Source: Phoronis australis (lineage: Eukaryota; Animalia; Phoronida). From it: a DNA stretch of 64,000 nucleotides. A program made the translations under genes and the position numbers. Below, piece by piece: positions 51,001 through 64,000 of the stretch. The notes beneath the pieces are model-generated. The model ran no database searches. It saw only the letters and a program-made list of their open reading frames with translations, and had not been told where the DNA came from. Every line of letters starts with the position of its first letter. Position 1 is the first letter of the stretch. The stretch lies in the NCBI GenBank assembly GCA_002633005.1, contig NMRA01000232.1, positions 1-64,000 of the forward strand. Direction: 5' to 3'.

Positions 51001-54000
51001 ATATTAATGTCTATCAGAGATCATTGTCATGAGCTTCCACACTATGAATTACTCCAGAACAAGTTACTACCAGAATGAGTTATCACTATGTTAAGTAGAA
51101 GTGTGGACAATATTTCACTGGGGAAAATTGACAGTCTGACAACTTACTCCGCCTTATCGAAGTAGGATAACTTGTTCCAGTGAAAGTCTCAGTGTGGACG
51201 CAAACTTGCAAACTAATGGGAAGTTAGGTAGTTACCACAATACCACACAGGGTAGGGTTTGTGATAAAGACCCTCGACTAAATGGGGACACATTGCAATA
51301 CGTCAAATTGTTCTAGGGTAAATTGCATCAATTGTATGATCACACTCATCTAGGTTAATACTCAGGGCAAAAATTCACGCAATGGGCGCTAAGCCGAGCA
51401 TGGCTGTTAAATGACCAAAAATTGTGGAAGTTTACCCAGTCAATATGGTCATGCAAATGCCTCACCACTTTTTGCACACACGAGGATGATATTAGAATAC
51501 ATATTGTTTCACGCCTCAGTATAAAGTAGGTGCTTCCCCCCATAAGGCAAGATGAATGTTTGTTTACCCAAAGAAAAATGAGTTGTCGTTATTTCCCAAG
51601 CTAAAAGTCTTCTGAGACGAGAGCTCGAAGAGATACTACAGCTTTTAAGACAATTTGTCAACCTTCATAAGTCATTTCGTGTTGCATCAAATAACTTTTT
51701 AATTGTCTATTTTCACCTCATCGACTTTATATTTTCTGATTTCTTGAGAACTGAAAATATTATTTTATGCTTTAGAATGTTGCACAGTCATCAATAATTA
51801 TGAGAGAGACATTTTTTGTGAATACCGTGGTTTTCATGAGACCCATTAAAAATAATAAGCAATACAAAATGAATATGTACAACAATTCATCAAAGACAAA
51901 GATGAAAAATATTACTAAAACAGTGGAAATAACAAAGTGAAACACAGAAAATTAGTTGAAAAACATACACCAATGAGAAGAGAAAATAAATAAAATAAAT
52001 AGAGTATCTTTAATAAAATGTTATTTCAATTTAGAAATCATTCTTTTTTAAATTTCAGCAACACTAGATGTGCCAGGTATTTTCAGCTTTTCACACATAA
52101 AACTTCAGGGTGACAACAAGAAAAACTTGTGAAGCCCACCCTGGGCAGGAAAGTAGTGAATCCTATGAATAACCTGCCTGACAAACTGATTAGTGATTCC
52201 AAAATTATCATACATGCTGATAACAAAACAAGGCTTCCAATACTTAAAGTTCTGACCTGTTGATGCAACATAACATGTTAACCAGGCCCCAAACAACAAA
52301 AGTGAAATTAACAATTAGTCTTCCTAAGAGTTAGACCACCCATGTGATGCGATGGGTAGCTATTCACCTGGACCCTGTTCTCACTGTGCTTGGCGAATGC
52401 TTGAGGACTGTTCAGGGGTTGAGGACTTCCATAATGTAGTTCCCAATAATGTTGTCAGGGGTAAAGTCAAACAGATGTGTTAGCCAGAAACACTCATAGC
52501 AATCAGCAAACAGGGTTCTCATTTAGCACACGTCAAGGTACAGCGTGCTGTGGTTTTGCCAATTTTGCTCAAAGAGATCGGAAAACAAGATGCGAAGAAA
52601 TGCTCCAAGCTATTAGTTTTCAGTTAATCTAAACCTGCAAAAAGCCACAGATAATTAAGGTATATGAACCATTAAAAATACGGACATATGATAAGCACGG
52701 CAAATTTTTAAAAATGCAAATGACTAGAGTGTATGAATTCAGATTACAGACCAGCTTCAAGTGTCAAAAGTTTGCTCTTGAACAACTTAAATCTAAAGCC
52801 TATAACATCACGCATTCTCAGATTGCTGTTGTAGTGTAGGTGTAGTGGCCAGACCCTTAAAACAGCCATAGAACACTGGTCATGTACCAGTTCTTGTGGT
52901 GCGTGGTTGGTGATGAAGAGTTTCACTTCTATGGAAAGCATTTCTCTCAGTCTTTGCAAATGTTTTGCGGTTAGTGGCAAGACTTCAATCATCACCCATT
53001 ACAGGCTCTATAAAGAATTGAATGCTTAAGGAATATTAAGATACCTTCCAATCACATTTTTGGCTTGGACAACACTGCTGCTGGTATGCACAATTTTAAA
53101 ATGATTTCTCCATCACAACGATACCTCCTTATGTCAGTGAACCTGTGAAAGGCTGAGGAATGGAGCACTAACTTGATTTGATTATCTTTTACTGGTAGTC
53201 AAGAGGTGAACGAAATTGTAACGGTTGAAAGGTCAAGAATGGTATTCTGCTAATGATCAATCCAGAAAAATACAGCGGTGCTATTGAAGTTTTGAAAACC
53301 ATGACAACAAGCAGGTAGGGGAAAAATGAGTGGGGCTCAAGGATATGGCACATCTGGCAGAGATAAAGACCAGACAGTAGCTAATACAGAAGATCACAGG
53401 TCACAACATGTAGTTTATCAGCCAAAGAGGTGACAAACATTAAAATAAATAGTAAGTATATTAAAGTGGCCGAGAGTATCAGGTGATCAGTGCCATGGTT
53501 GGGAGATTATGCGTGTAATATGTACTGATTGCATATCCAAGATTTGATTACATCATAAACATGTTCACACATTTAGCCAAGTTTTACCTTACCATAGTTG
53601 AACAGTAATGCTAATAAAGAAAAAAGAATTTGAGTTTAGGGTCATTATGGTTTTGGTCAATTTTAGACTTAAGTTAAAAAATAACCTTACTTACTTTGCA
53701 TGAATTTACTGAAGCATGAATTTGTGACTACCCAAACTTCTAGTACAGAACATTTTGGAAACTGCAAATTTCAGAACCTTATTCTGAGAATTTAGGAAAA
53801 TCATTAGGTCAGAGTTTGGGGGTGGACATTAATGGTGGAATGACAAATGTCAATAACCAGAAACACTAATTGACAAACAAGAATCATGATAAATGCTGAT
53901 TTTTGCTTAGCATTAAAAACCACCCACAGTTGCCAAATTAACAAGTAAAAAACTGCTCTTTCAATGTAAGGAAACAACATAGTTTTATAGGTTTGTATCA

Positions 54001-57000
54001 GAAACCATTCAAGGCATGGCCAGTCTTGTCAGAAGAAAAAACATCAATGAATTTCTTGGCAACTGTGGTATTACTGATAGTTTTGTAAGATGGTTTCCTT
54101 TATGTGGTATCTTAGCAACTAGCATAAATATTTCAGCCTTGTGTGTATGTGAGGGAGCAATATATTAAAGAACGATCAGGAGAACTCGGTCACTAATCAT
54201 ACGAGTGCAAAAAGAATGAAAGAAAAACAGCTACCACTGGAGTATGTTACATACAAGACACTCAAGAGACAATTGTGTAGGCAAATTTTGGCTCATGGAA
54301 TGGAAATGTCATTTTTATTTGGAGCTTACTCTCACATATTCAACACCTTGACATCGCTGAATGATAACTTCAGTGACGACCATTTTCCAAGTGCATGCAA
54401 ATAAAGACCCAAGTTTACTCGCCAAACAGGCAAACACCCACTGGCATGGTTTTGCGTAGTTTTGGTGTTTTTGCTTTTTTCACAACAAGCACGAATGCAA
54501 CTCTGTGATTGCCATGAAAATATGCAAGATCCCAACTGATCACTAAAATGACCAACACTGTATTCAAATTATGATAGCCAACAAAATATTCAAGACCTCC
54601 TACTGATCACTTAAACATGATCAACCCTGAATTCAACTTGTGATTGCCACCAAAATATTCAAGACCCCCTACTGGTCAGTAAAACGAATTCTTAATCAGT
54701 TTCATATTTCGTGAAATTCAGATAAAACCAAATATGAAATGCTTCCCTTTTGCTGCAATACACGTGTTCTAAAGGTTAATTAAAACACATCTGTTTCAAA
54801 TATTGAATATCCTTAATATTCCATGACCACACATATATTAAATTGGTTGTTTTAATGTAATTCTACATTGAAACCTTTTAAAAAATACTCCATGTAATCT
54901 CATGGATGTCACAACAGTTTACCTTTTGCAAGATCAATTACATAATGAAGTTGTGATTAATGGAAAAGTAAGCGCGAGAACCATGGCAGTTAAAATGGCA
55001 AAACTTCTTCCATGAAGATGTTAAACAGATAGAACCTCTTACAAAACAGTTTTGTGTTGCCCGAGTGAGAGAAGGGTAGTTCAAAGTGGAGGCGGGGAAC
55101 ATCAGGTATGAGACCCCTAAATTGCAGTGACTTGGGTGAATCTCTGTGAACTGCAGAGTCAACTATCTGTAAGTAAAGTAAAGCAAATCCTCCATGGTCA
55201 ATTACTAGTTGGGCTGTTTGTTACCACAAGATTGCATAGCATGAACAGCCTTTCAACTCTCCCTGATGGGGGAAGGCGGCTATCTTTGAGCTGCCCAATA
55301 ATTTCTACCATCTGACTGGAACCGGAACTGGTGAGATTGTAGTTGGGGGCTATCCACTTGACCATAATTCAGTGTCTATGGTGAATGGATTCTTTACAGA
55401 ATAATAGTTCCAAGAAAAATAGTTAGGCCGTGCCATAGTTATCATTGCAAAGTCCCACAAGCACTAAGCAAATACGGCGGAAGTCCTTTGCAAACACACT
55501 CTAGCAACAAATTCCTCTAATGTGTCTTTGATTATATTTAACTGAAAGTTTTGCCATATAGAGCTGCATAATCAAAGGGTCTTGGGGAAGCAAACCACAG
55601 TTGCATGACGTGGTATACATCCACGACGCCAAATGTGCGAGTCCAATCATAGATTACGTCAGCCCATTGATACGCTAAGTTCCATTAACGCAGGTGTAGG
55701 CTGGACTCAACCAGACACCGTGGGTGCGGCAGTTGTTCCCATTGTACGTTTATGGTAAGCTATTTCATAGCACAGATTATAGTGGGAAAACTACTTCCAT
55801 GCAGTTTGACCGCATGTTTAATAGTTAATTCACATAACACGCTATAAAAGGAATATGGGAACCATTATTATTATGCTTTCCACCAAGTTGCCAATAAAAA
55901 ATAATTGTGGTCAACACTCTGTATGCGGGTATACAGGATGGTTAATTGCCTAACAGGACTAATTAACATCTTTCAGTTCTAAACCCTTGTTGGTTTATTT
56001 ACACCAACCTCTAGCCTACTCACTGACCCAATAGATTTTAGAAATGATGTTTCCACAGGACAACCTCAAAGAAAGACAGCACTAATATTAGATCAAGGAG
56101 AGAAAGTCAACTCCAAATTTGAACAAATCAAGTTTGCATGCAGCAATGAATCTTTTTGTTGAAGCAATCAATAAATTCCAAGCAGTCTTCTGTGTTATCA
56201 GGTGTCATCAGAAATGTTTAGTGAAGCTGCCCTATAAAAGAACAAAACAAGCCGATTCACAAGCACATGAAACAAAACTGTGGTTCTCTGAGATGGTATT
56301 GCACGAGGCTTGACCAGAGATGGTATTGCACGAGGCTTGACCAGTACGTGTAAGATGAAATTTGGGTTTGTTAAATCTCTGATCTGTAACCTTTGATTCC
56401 TAGATTGTGATGGACCAACAAGGGCGAGGTCAATTTGTGGACAATATGCTAGAGAGGACGTCAGAGGATGTGTTCTACCTGGGTGAAAAGTACGAGTCCC
56501 TGTACAAGGACGTTGACATACTGAGTAACCTGACACAAACAACAGAATACAAGATGGAGAAGGTCAATGACAAAGGTGGGTATGCCACCTGGTGGCCAGG
56601 TCACTACCACTAACGCACTTATCATTCAGGTATTGATAAAATACATTTTGGTTCTGCCATATTCTAAAATGGTTTTTATACCAATGTGAAACTCAACATG
56701 TTGATGTTTTGGGGAGTGTCGGTCACCGTGAAAGGTTACCTTTGGTCTTAGAATGATGGCAAAATCGCAAACTTTGCAGTAAACAGGATTTAAAAATGAA
56801 ACGTCAACGCTTAATGAAAAGTGTGACAGGATAACTTTGGTGTCGCTGGAAATAGTGGCAGGTGTCGCTGTCAACAACGTCACTTTAAGTGTCATTATTT
56901 CATAACTTCATTTTATTTACTGTCTAAACAATTATGATTCGTCATGCTACAAAAAAATTACATATGCGCAAGATTTTCACATAGCAATCTGGTGTTAACT

Positions 57001-57249
57001 TTCATGTAACTTCAATGTCCATCAGCTACTGAGGCTAATTTAAAAGGTTCATCTAACTTCACTGTAAACACATTATGTTCCATATGTAAACAGTTTATGT
57101 ACATCTGAAATGGCGTATAGACATTATGATCACAAGAGGACCACTTGAATATTCATATCTAAACCAAGCAACATCTATCTACATACCAAATTTCAGAAAT
57201 ATCAAAAACCCTGAAAATTTCCAAAATAGTAACATCTCATGTCAAATTC

Positions 57250-57310
<61 letters not shown>

Positions 57311-60300
57311 GGCTTCAGGTTTTTGGTAACTTAGAGAAATTCTGTGTATACACATTTCATGTTAACTAGACAAGAAAATTTGTGACCTGAGTAAGCACAC
57401 AAACAAACAAACAAGCACACAAGAAAGCAAGTAAGCATGCAAGCTCCACATCAGAAATAAAATCACCAACAAGAAACAGTATGTCATGATTGCGCTGTTC
57501 TCCACAACCAATTTTGACTCGTTGCTACATCAAGTTTGAATTTTAGTGGGACGAGTTTGGCTTACTTGAGTCGAGTTTGGAAACCAATGCAATTAGTTTG
57601 AAGTAATGGGAGATAAGTCATTTGTTAGCAAATGTTGGCCTTTTGATACTAGTTCAATATATTTATTTCAAGACTAACATACTAACTCCCCACAGTATGG
57701 ACTCAGACTTTCGAACACCTACATAAACTTTGTAATTCCAATTGAGTTTGAATTTTCTCTGTTGTGAAGAACACTGAACTGAGTGAAACTTTTTTGAAGA
57801 CTCCTAGTTTAGCTACCAAGTTAGTGCTGAACCAATGACCTTATGATAAGGGTTGATAAATGACGCCAATGTATGCATGCACCTTCACCAAATGATACCA
57901 CACAGCAGACCTGACCCAGATGTCTGGGTGTGTCCCTGTTCCAGAGTCCCAAGTGACAAAGCATTCCATTCACAACTTGTGTAATTGTTAAAAAATGAAC
58001 AATTAATCCAGAACTACATGACAGCTTAGCAAACATGAACACAGCAATATTAGCCAGAAAAAAGCAATCATGCAGGAGTTAAGTAAACTTCCTCAATGCC
58101 TGAACACAAAACATGTAAATTCCAGGGCTGTACAACACACACTAAAACATGATTTTAAACAACTTTTTACTAATGAACAAACGGGTATTAGCCTATTTAC
58201 CACGCAAGAAGTCTGTCTTGTACATAAAAGCGCATTCCTTGTGATGTACAAAAAATTTCCGGCAATATTTTGAGAATTACGGATAGTATAAAAATATCGT
58301 AAAAGTGCTTGTGTAGATTCACTTAATACTATGCTAATGTTGTTCCTAATTGGCAAAAACGTGGGCTGATTCATCATTATGCAAATTATCATGGTGCTAC
58401 ATCTGGGAAATAATCCAACAAAATTTGGGTAAACTGAAACAACTTGTATTGTCATGGGCATAATAATATTTTTCACACAGGAGTCATGAGAATGAATACT
58501 CCATTGAGTACTTCTTCATTTCATCCCTCTTACCAAGTCCCCACCAATTCTCCTAGCCCCGCCCCCCCATCCCCGGATTGCCAGCAATTTTCACTAACAA
58601 ATGACTCCCTGAAGATTTCTTGGCAACTCACACTTTTGCCATGTACAGCAAGAATTTGTCAAGCTTAAATGGACCATTTGTCTAACTGAATGTGACACTT
58701 GAGAGGTATCACCACTCATAATTCCCACCCAAGGAAATGTTTTGCCTCTCAGTATATTAATGTTGCATTCTTATGTAACAAAATAAAAACAAGACAATGT
58801 GCTAGTGAGGGTGGATTACCTGAGTCAAGAACTGACAAGAAATAGAATCTCCTTTCTCGCCAGTACTTCAATAAGACACAGATGTGAAACTATTGTCTGT
58901 ACTGGTTGAGTTTAAAGATGTATTTGCATGCTCCTAACTATGCTAATGTATGGGAGAAACTGAATGACAATGTTATTCGAACATCATCTATGCTAAACAA
59001 AGTGTAGTAATGCTATTCATTGATGACTTGTAAATGTGAAAAAAAACATTCTGCAAATAAGTGACCTTTGCACTAATGACGTACCTTGGGGGCTCACATA
59101 GGGACCATTTTCTATGCAAAACTTGTTCTTATAAACATTTGGCAATTTTCAACCTACTTCATATCCACATTGTCGCTATACGTTGTGTTTCTAACTAATT
59201 TGACCAAACAAACACAGAGATAAGGAATTAGGGTGCAAGTTGCACCTTTAAAGTGATGAATTGTCATGAACAGATATTCTAGTCAGAGTGATCTGGGTAA
59301 TGGAAGAGCAGTGGAGGGGACTATTGACATGATCTTTGACATTAGTCTCCTCTTTAAGAATTACACTATACACTGTGATTACTAATTGGCTTCATGTTGC
59401 AATACTTGGCAATCTGGATAAAAACATTAATTAATGAACAAAAGTAGCCCATTTTTCAGTGTTCAAAATTAAGGATTCTTACTAAAATTCAGTGAATCGA
59501 GGTCATGATTAAACTGAATCCAATTCATGAGTGACTAGCACCCGAGGTGGCATTCTCAGAAAAGTCGAAATGAGTGTTTGAAAAAAACCAATACAAGTAA
59601 AAAACAGTGATCGACTGCACAAAAAATGTCAAGGATAATGCACTGAAAGATGAAGTGTAGAGTGCGCGATTAGATTACCGTGGGTAAACATTCCTTACTG
59701 CAGTCTTCATTTTGGGACGCTTTGAAACTGGCTGGAAAACTATAACAATTTTTGACAAGGACATTTTGTGAAAGGATTTCCAAAATTTTAGACACCACAT
59801 TTTGTCTCAATTGCTTCAAAACCTCAGACATGATCCCAGAATTTCAAGATACAATTATCTGTCCAGTGTCTGAACAAAATCTGTTTACACTATAACATTT
59901 CCTTTGGTTCTGGCTTAAAACTCAGATTAGCCTAATTTAGGATACAAACACTATCCTACGCAAGACGATGTGTGCACGCAAGACAATGTGCTGTTTGCAA
60001 AGCACTTGTCATGAGGGAGTTACCTCTATTTTTACATCAAATAAATGATGATGATTGACATAAGTCTACCCATGTAATGTGACTGGTTGTATACCAAAGA
60101 GCTAATAACAGAGCTTGTTCTAAACTTGTAAATCTCCTGAGCTTCACAGATGAAAAAACAAGCAAAAGGATAGAGTAAATATGAAAGCATCCCTATCAAG
60201 TCTATGGCCTCTGGACAGACAAATACTCAACATTACAGACTTAGAAATAACATCAATTTGTCCTGAATGACACTAGCCAGCATTGTTTACAGGAATCGTA

Positions 60301-63300
60301 CATGAATATCAGTTGGAATTGAGATGTCATTGTCCCACTCAAAGATTTGTTCAAATTTAGCCATCATCAGGTGGTTTTTATTCTGCTGTCAAACAGGTTT
60401 GGTCAGAGAATGATCCTGCTGACAACTGACAGGAACAGTGAGATGTTGTCCTACAATATAAGTTGATTTATTTTCCGGCATTGTTGTCTTTGAAAATAAA
60501 GCAAAACATACAACACCACAGGTGCAAGAGTGGGTAGTGTAGAATCACTTGTTTTGGATTTGTAGTCAAAGGTATGTACTCGTGTGGATAGACAGTATTC
60601 TTAAGTGTTCACAATTAGTTACACAAATGCCAGCATGGTAAAATTTGCCTTGATAATGATAATAAACGGCAAATAATGTTAAAATACAGGTTATCTTTCC
60701 ATTTAGTCATCCACCTCACCATCCATTTCATCAACCATCTTCCAACTCACCCATTAACCCATCCATTTATCCAATCATTCATATATCCACCCATTCACCC
60801 ACTTCACCCATTTTACCTACCCGCTTCACCCTCCAACTACACCCCCCCTCCCCATGCCTTTGACCATTCCATCAACTCACTCATTCTAAACCATTTAGGA
60901 AACAATTGATACATAGAGAAAACATCTATAGCACTATGGACTGTGTGAAAATGTGTTATCAGGAATCAATGATTTAAAAAACTCAAAAGACATTTGTGAG
61001 GGATGCTATTTATATTGTGTCTCTACTGATGTTGTTGTTAGGTTGTTTATCAGATTTCGCCATCGATAGTCCAAAAACAAAATCTTTGGAGTAACGGAGA
61101 AGTTGCAAAATAAACACATCATATTGTGTTGTTACTCAAAAAAGACTTTTACTCCTAAGGGCCATAACTCTAAAATAATGTGGTACTGACCTGTGTGATA
61201 AAGTTCATGTTTGGCTTAACACCCACAAATGAAATTTCCAGTTTTCAATTCTAAATGCTAAAGCACAGCTCAATGCTGACTACCAATTCAAACAATTGAT
61301 ACTACCTTGAAAGTTCCCAAGTCACCTTGAACGCATGTCCCTCCAACACCTTTACACACCAAAATATACAAAACTAGCTTACTGTTGAGTAACGAACTGT
61401 CAGAGTTTCAGCAAGACCTTACCACGCAAGTTTCTTGCGTTTCATTTGATCTGAATTGACCTTCACAAAAATTATGTTTTCAAATGCTCATCCCTGCTAG
61501 GCTTAATGCCAGCACGAAATATTGAGTGCCTAATTTAAATGCCATGGGCATTAACCAGTGTGGTACAGTTTGGTTATGAACTATACTTTCCTTAATCCAA
61601 AGAGTGTATATTCTGAAAATGTTATACTTAAAAACAGAAAGACTGATGTATCACGCCGCACAAAAATGTCTTAAAATTATATTATAACCCACTAGGGAAC
61701 TATGTGTATCTGTTGATGGTAATGTCAGAGATTTGCCAAAATTTGTAGTTGTGCAGTAATAGCCAATGTGGACAATATCAATATTCTGATTAAGCATTTC
61801 TCCAGCTATTAATGTTTGAAATAGGTTTTGTGAAATTTAACACACAGTTTCAATGAGTGCACTGTTTTGTCCATCATCTAAAACCATGCACAGATACAAG
61901 CAGGCATCTGTTTTTTGTTTTTCCATAATTTCATGAACCGAACAAATTTCAGAAAAACCAAAAACGTCCATTCAGAGTATTTTACCCTTCTGGACGTGAA
62001 CCTCATCATCTTTTTGGTATATTGGCTCTACGGAATAAAAACCCTTCAGAGTAAAGGCTTTTCAGATTCTAAAGCTACATAGATCCTCTGATTACAAATT
62101 AACAGAAATCTTGCCTACACAATGGAAACCTTATGCTGTTTTACCTCGACTGTTACAAAACTGAGTCCATTGTCTTTTAAGTCAAGCTTAAGTTCTAGTG
62201 TAGCTCAGACAAAACATAAAAGAACATACAGACAAATAGTTCACCACTGACAAATAAACATCACTACTTGGTCTTCTCATTTTTGGACACAAAAGTAAAA
62301 CTTAATAACAAATAAGGCAATACTAAAAATCTAAGAAATATTTTCTCACACATGAAACCAAATTTGAAAGTGCATATTAAGGTTGAAAAACCTTTTAAAA
62401 ACAAACCACCGGAAACATAACATTATAAAGCAAAATATTTTAGAACTACCGTGGACATGTCAATATCCTACCAAGGTCAGCATTCCTTTGAAGGCACAAA
62501 AAAACAATCCCAGCCGCTTAAAACAGCAGAACCTGCTTAAATATAAACTAACTTTAAATATCAAAACATAGTTTTGATGACCTTATTCAATCACTCCTGA
62601 CATTAGGATGTATTTAACTTGACAAATCTGGATGAGTAGCTAACAAAAAATAACAAGAATCTCATTTGTGGTGTGACAACAAAAACTACCAGGGAGAAAT
62701 TTGAGAGCAAATTAATGTCCGACAAGCACTTGAGCACAGAAAGGGATTACTTTAAATAGCACAATTCTAGTAGTGTAAAGTGATTTCTAATACTAGCGAA
62801 AACATCTCTACCAAGCAGTTCAACTTGGTAATAAGTTCACAGATCACATAACTTTGCGTGAGATATAAGTTTTTGTTGGACAAGTTTGAAATGTTGAGTA
62901 GAAACACCCGCTAGAGTTGTTATCAAAACAGCTTTGTTAACTTGGCCTTTGCACTGCCTTTCAAAACAGTTTGTGACATCATTTCTAAAACATATTACTC
63001 TTCATACACCTATACAAACCTATTTATTATGGCAACAAGTTGGCCATTTCTCCTGTGGCTATCTCCAGGTTTTACAGTGTTCTTAAAAAAAAAACGAGCT
63101 AATAGGTAGGTGGGATGGTCAAGGTATCCAGTGATGACCACATTTTCAGAATTTGTCTCGTACATAGACTTGGGAGATGATACTACAAATAACATCAACA
63201 ACTTAAAACAGTCAAGTTGAACGTCTTGTTTAATGGACACTATTTAGTTAAATCTGACAAACCCTGACCTCTGTTTCATGACAGAAATTTGGTCTAACAC

Positions 63301-64000
63301 TCCAATTCTCCCAATTCATTATTGTTAAAAAATTTAGCCAAGTATTTATGAGTACACCACAGTCCAGACATTTTCTATAAAAGATATCTTAGTAACTAGT
63401 ACTATGTGTATAATCCCAGAGACTGCCCTTTTCTGAAGTGATGTTTAGCTGTGCGGAGCTTAAGACCACATTTCTGACTTATGTCCCAAGTCACTTTACA
63501 AGACACAGATCCTTGGTAAATAAAAAACTGTTTTACAAGACATCTGTGACACTTATCTCAGTTATCTGCATCAGTTTTAATTGTTTTATTTCAGTGAAGT
63601 CCTACGCAACTCAAGCCAGTTATCTTCAACAAGAAATAGACCAAATAAGGAGTTACCTTGTCAACATCCAAGCTCGTTACCGAGCGATGGTGCCATCAGG
63701 GGACAGTGAAATGTCAGCAAATGACGTGAGGACTTTTCCGAAACTCATGCGCAAAGTGAAAGAAATCAAACGCAAGTCAGAGAGCATGGGTCGGATTCTA
63801 AACAATGCACGCGGCCAAACATGGGCCATGCAGAAGAACTTGCGCTCTATTCAGACACACCAAGGAAAACTAAGGCGGGAGATAGGATCATTACGCCAGA
63901 TGACAAGAGACAATATGGACATTATAAAGAACCAATTTCTCAACATTCAGGCAAACATAGATAAAAAGATGGTGCAATTCAACAGGACAATTCAGGGACG
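48047..64000 (+). CDS. Predicted secreted coiled-coil protein, first three exons; continues past the window end
   Basis: Exon 48047-48274 (phase 0) encodes the signal peptide MLWVACLLLVPTLEVMYA, then CDC and a heptad-like stretch. Exon 56404-56575 is phase 1. Exon 63595->64000 is open to the end: VKSYATQASYLQQEIDQIRSYLVNIQARY...LRREIGSLRQMTRDNMDIIKNQFLNIQANIDKKM. Splice phases are compatible. Confidence 0.8.
49355..49510. repeat. Degenerate (CATAC)n microsatellite
   Basis: Runs of ccataccatacc. Confidence 0.9.
49657..49726. repeat. 24-bp tandem repeat x3
   Basis: cacctgacca.t.tagcttgcata repeated. Confidence 0.9.
51033..51201. mobile_element. Possible degenerate MITE
   Basis: gcttccacact...gaacaagtta at the left end is inverted to taacttgttc...agtgtggacgc at the right end. 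Confidence 0.4.
56290..56345. repeat. 28-bp tandem duplication
   Basis: gagatggtattgcacgaggcttgacca present twice. Confidence 0.9.
57249..57310. repeat. (CAA)n microsatellite, ~20 units
   Basis: Directly visible. Confidence 0.98.

Noticed and set aside
57126-57329. Poly-glutamine ORF
   Set aside because: An intronic (CAA)n microsatellite; it is not needed for, and not evidently spliced into, the nested gene model.

Overview
AT-rich, intron-rich animal (probably invertebrate) genomic DNA with an assembly gap at 12407-13192. Four spliced protein-coding genes can be assembled by hand from GT-AG boundaries with consistent phases. (1) The last three exons of an SLC6/NSS transporter (+). (2) A complete 15-exon, ~631-aa uncharacterised protein with a C-terminal EF-hand region (+). 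(3) The last three exons of TMTC3 (-). (4) A secreted coiled-coil protein gene (+) that appears nested antisense inside a >22-kb TMTC3 intron. The most striking feature lies between the first two genes: a tandem array (5015-11830) of nine ~113-nt minus-strand cassettes that look like RNA polymerase III small-RNA genes. Their shared features are a G start, an A-box, a closing terminal stem, a GUAGUGG/CCACUAC helix, a GNRA-capped hairpin, a T5 terminator and TATA/PSE-like upstream elements. A sequence-divergent but structurally similar tenth member lies just beyond the gap, followed by a ~510-nt GC-rich, hairpin-dense candidate RNA. The array RNA resembles Y/stem-bulge RNAs and vault RNAs, but the family assignment is inference and has not been searched. 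Several MITEs and mini/microsatellites are also present.
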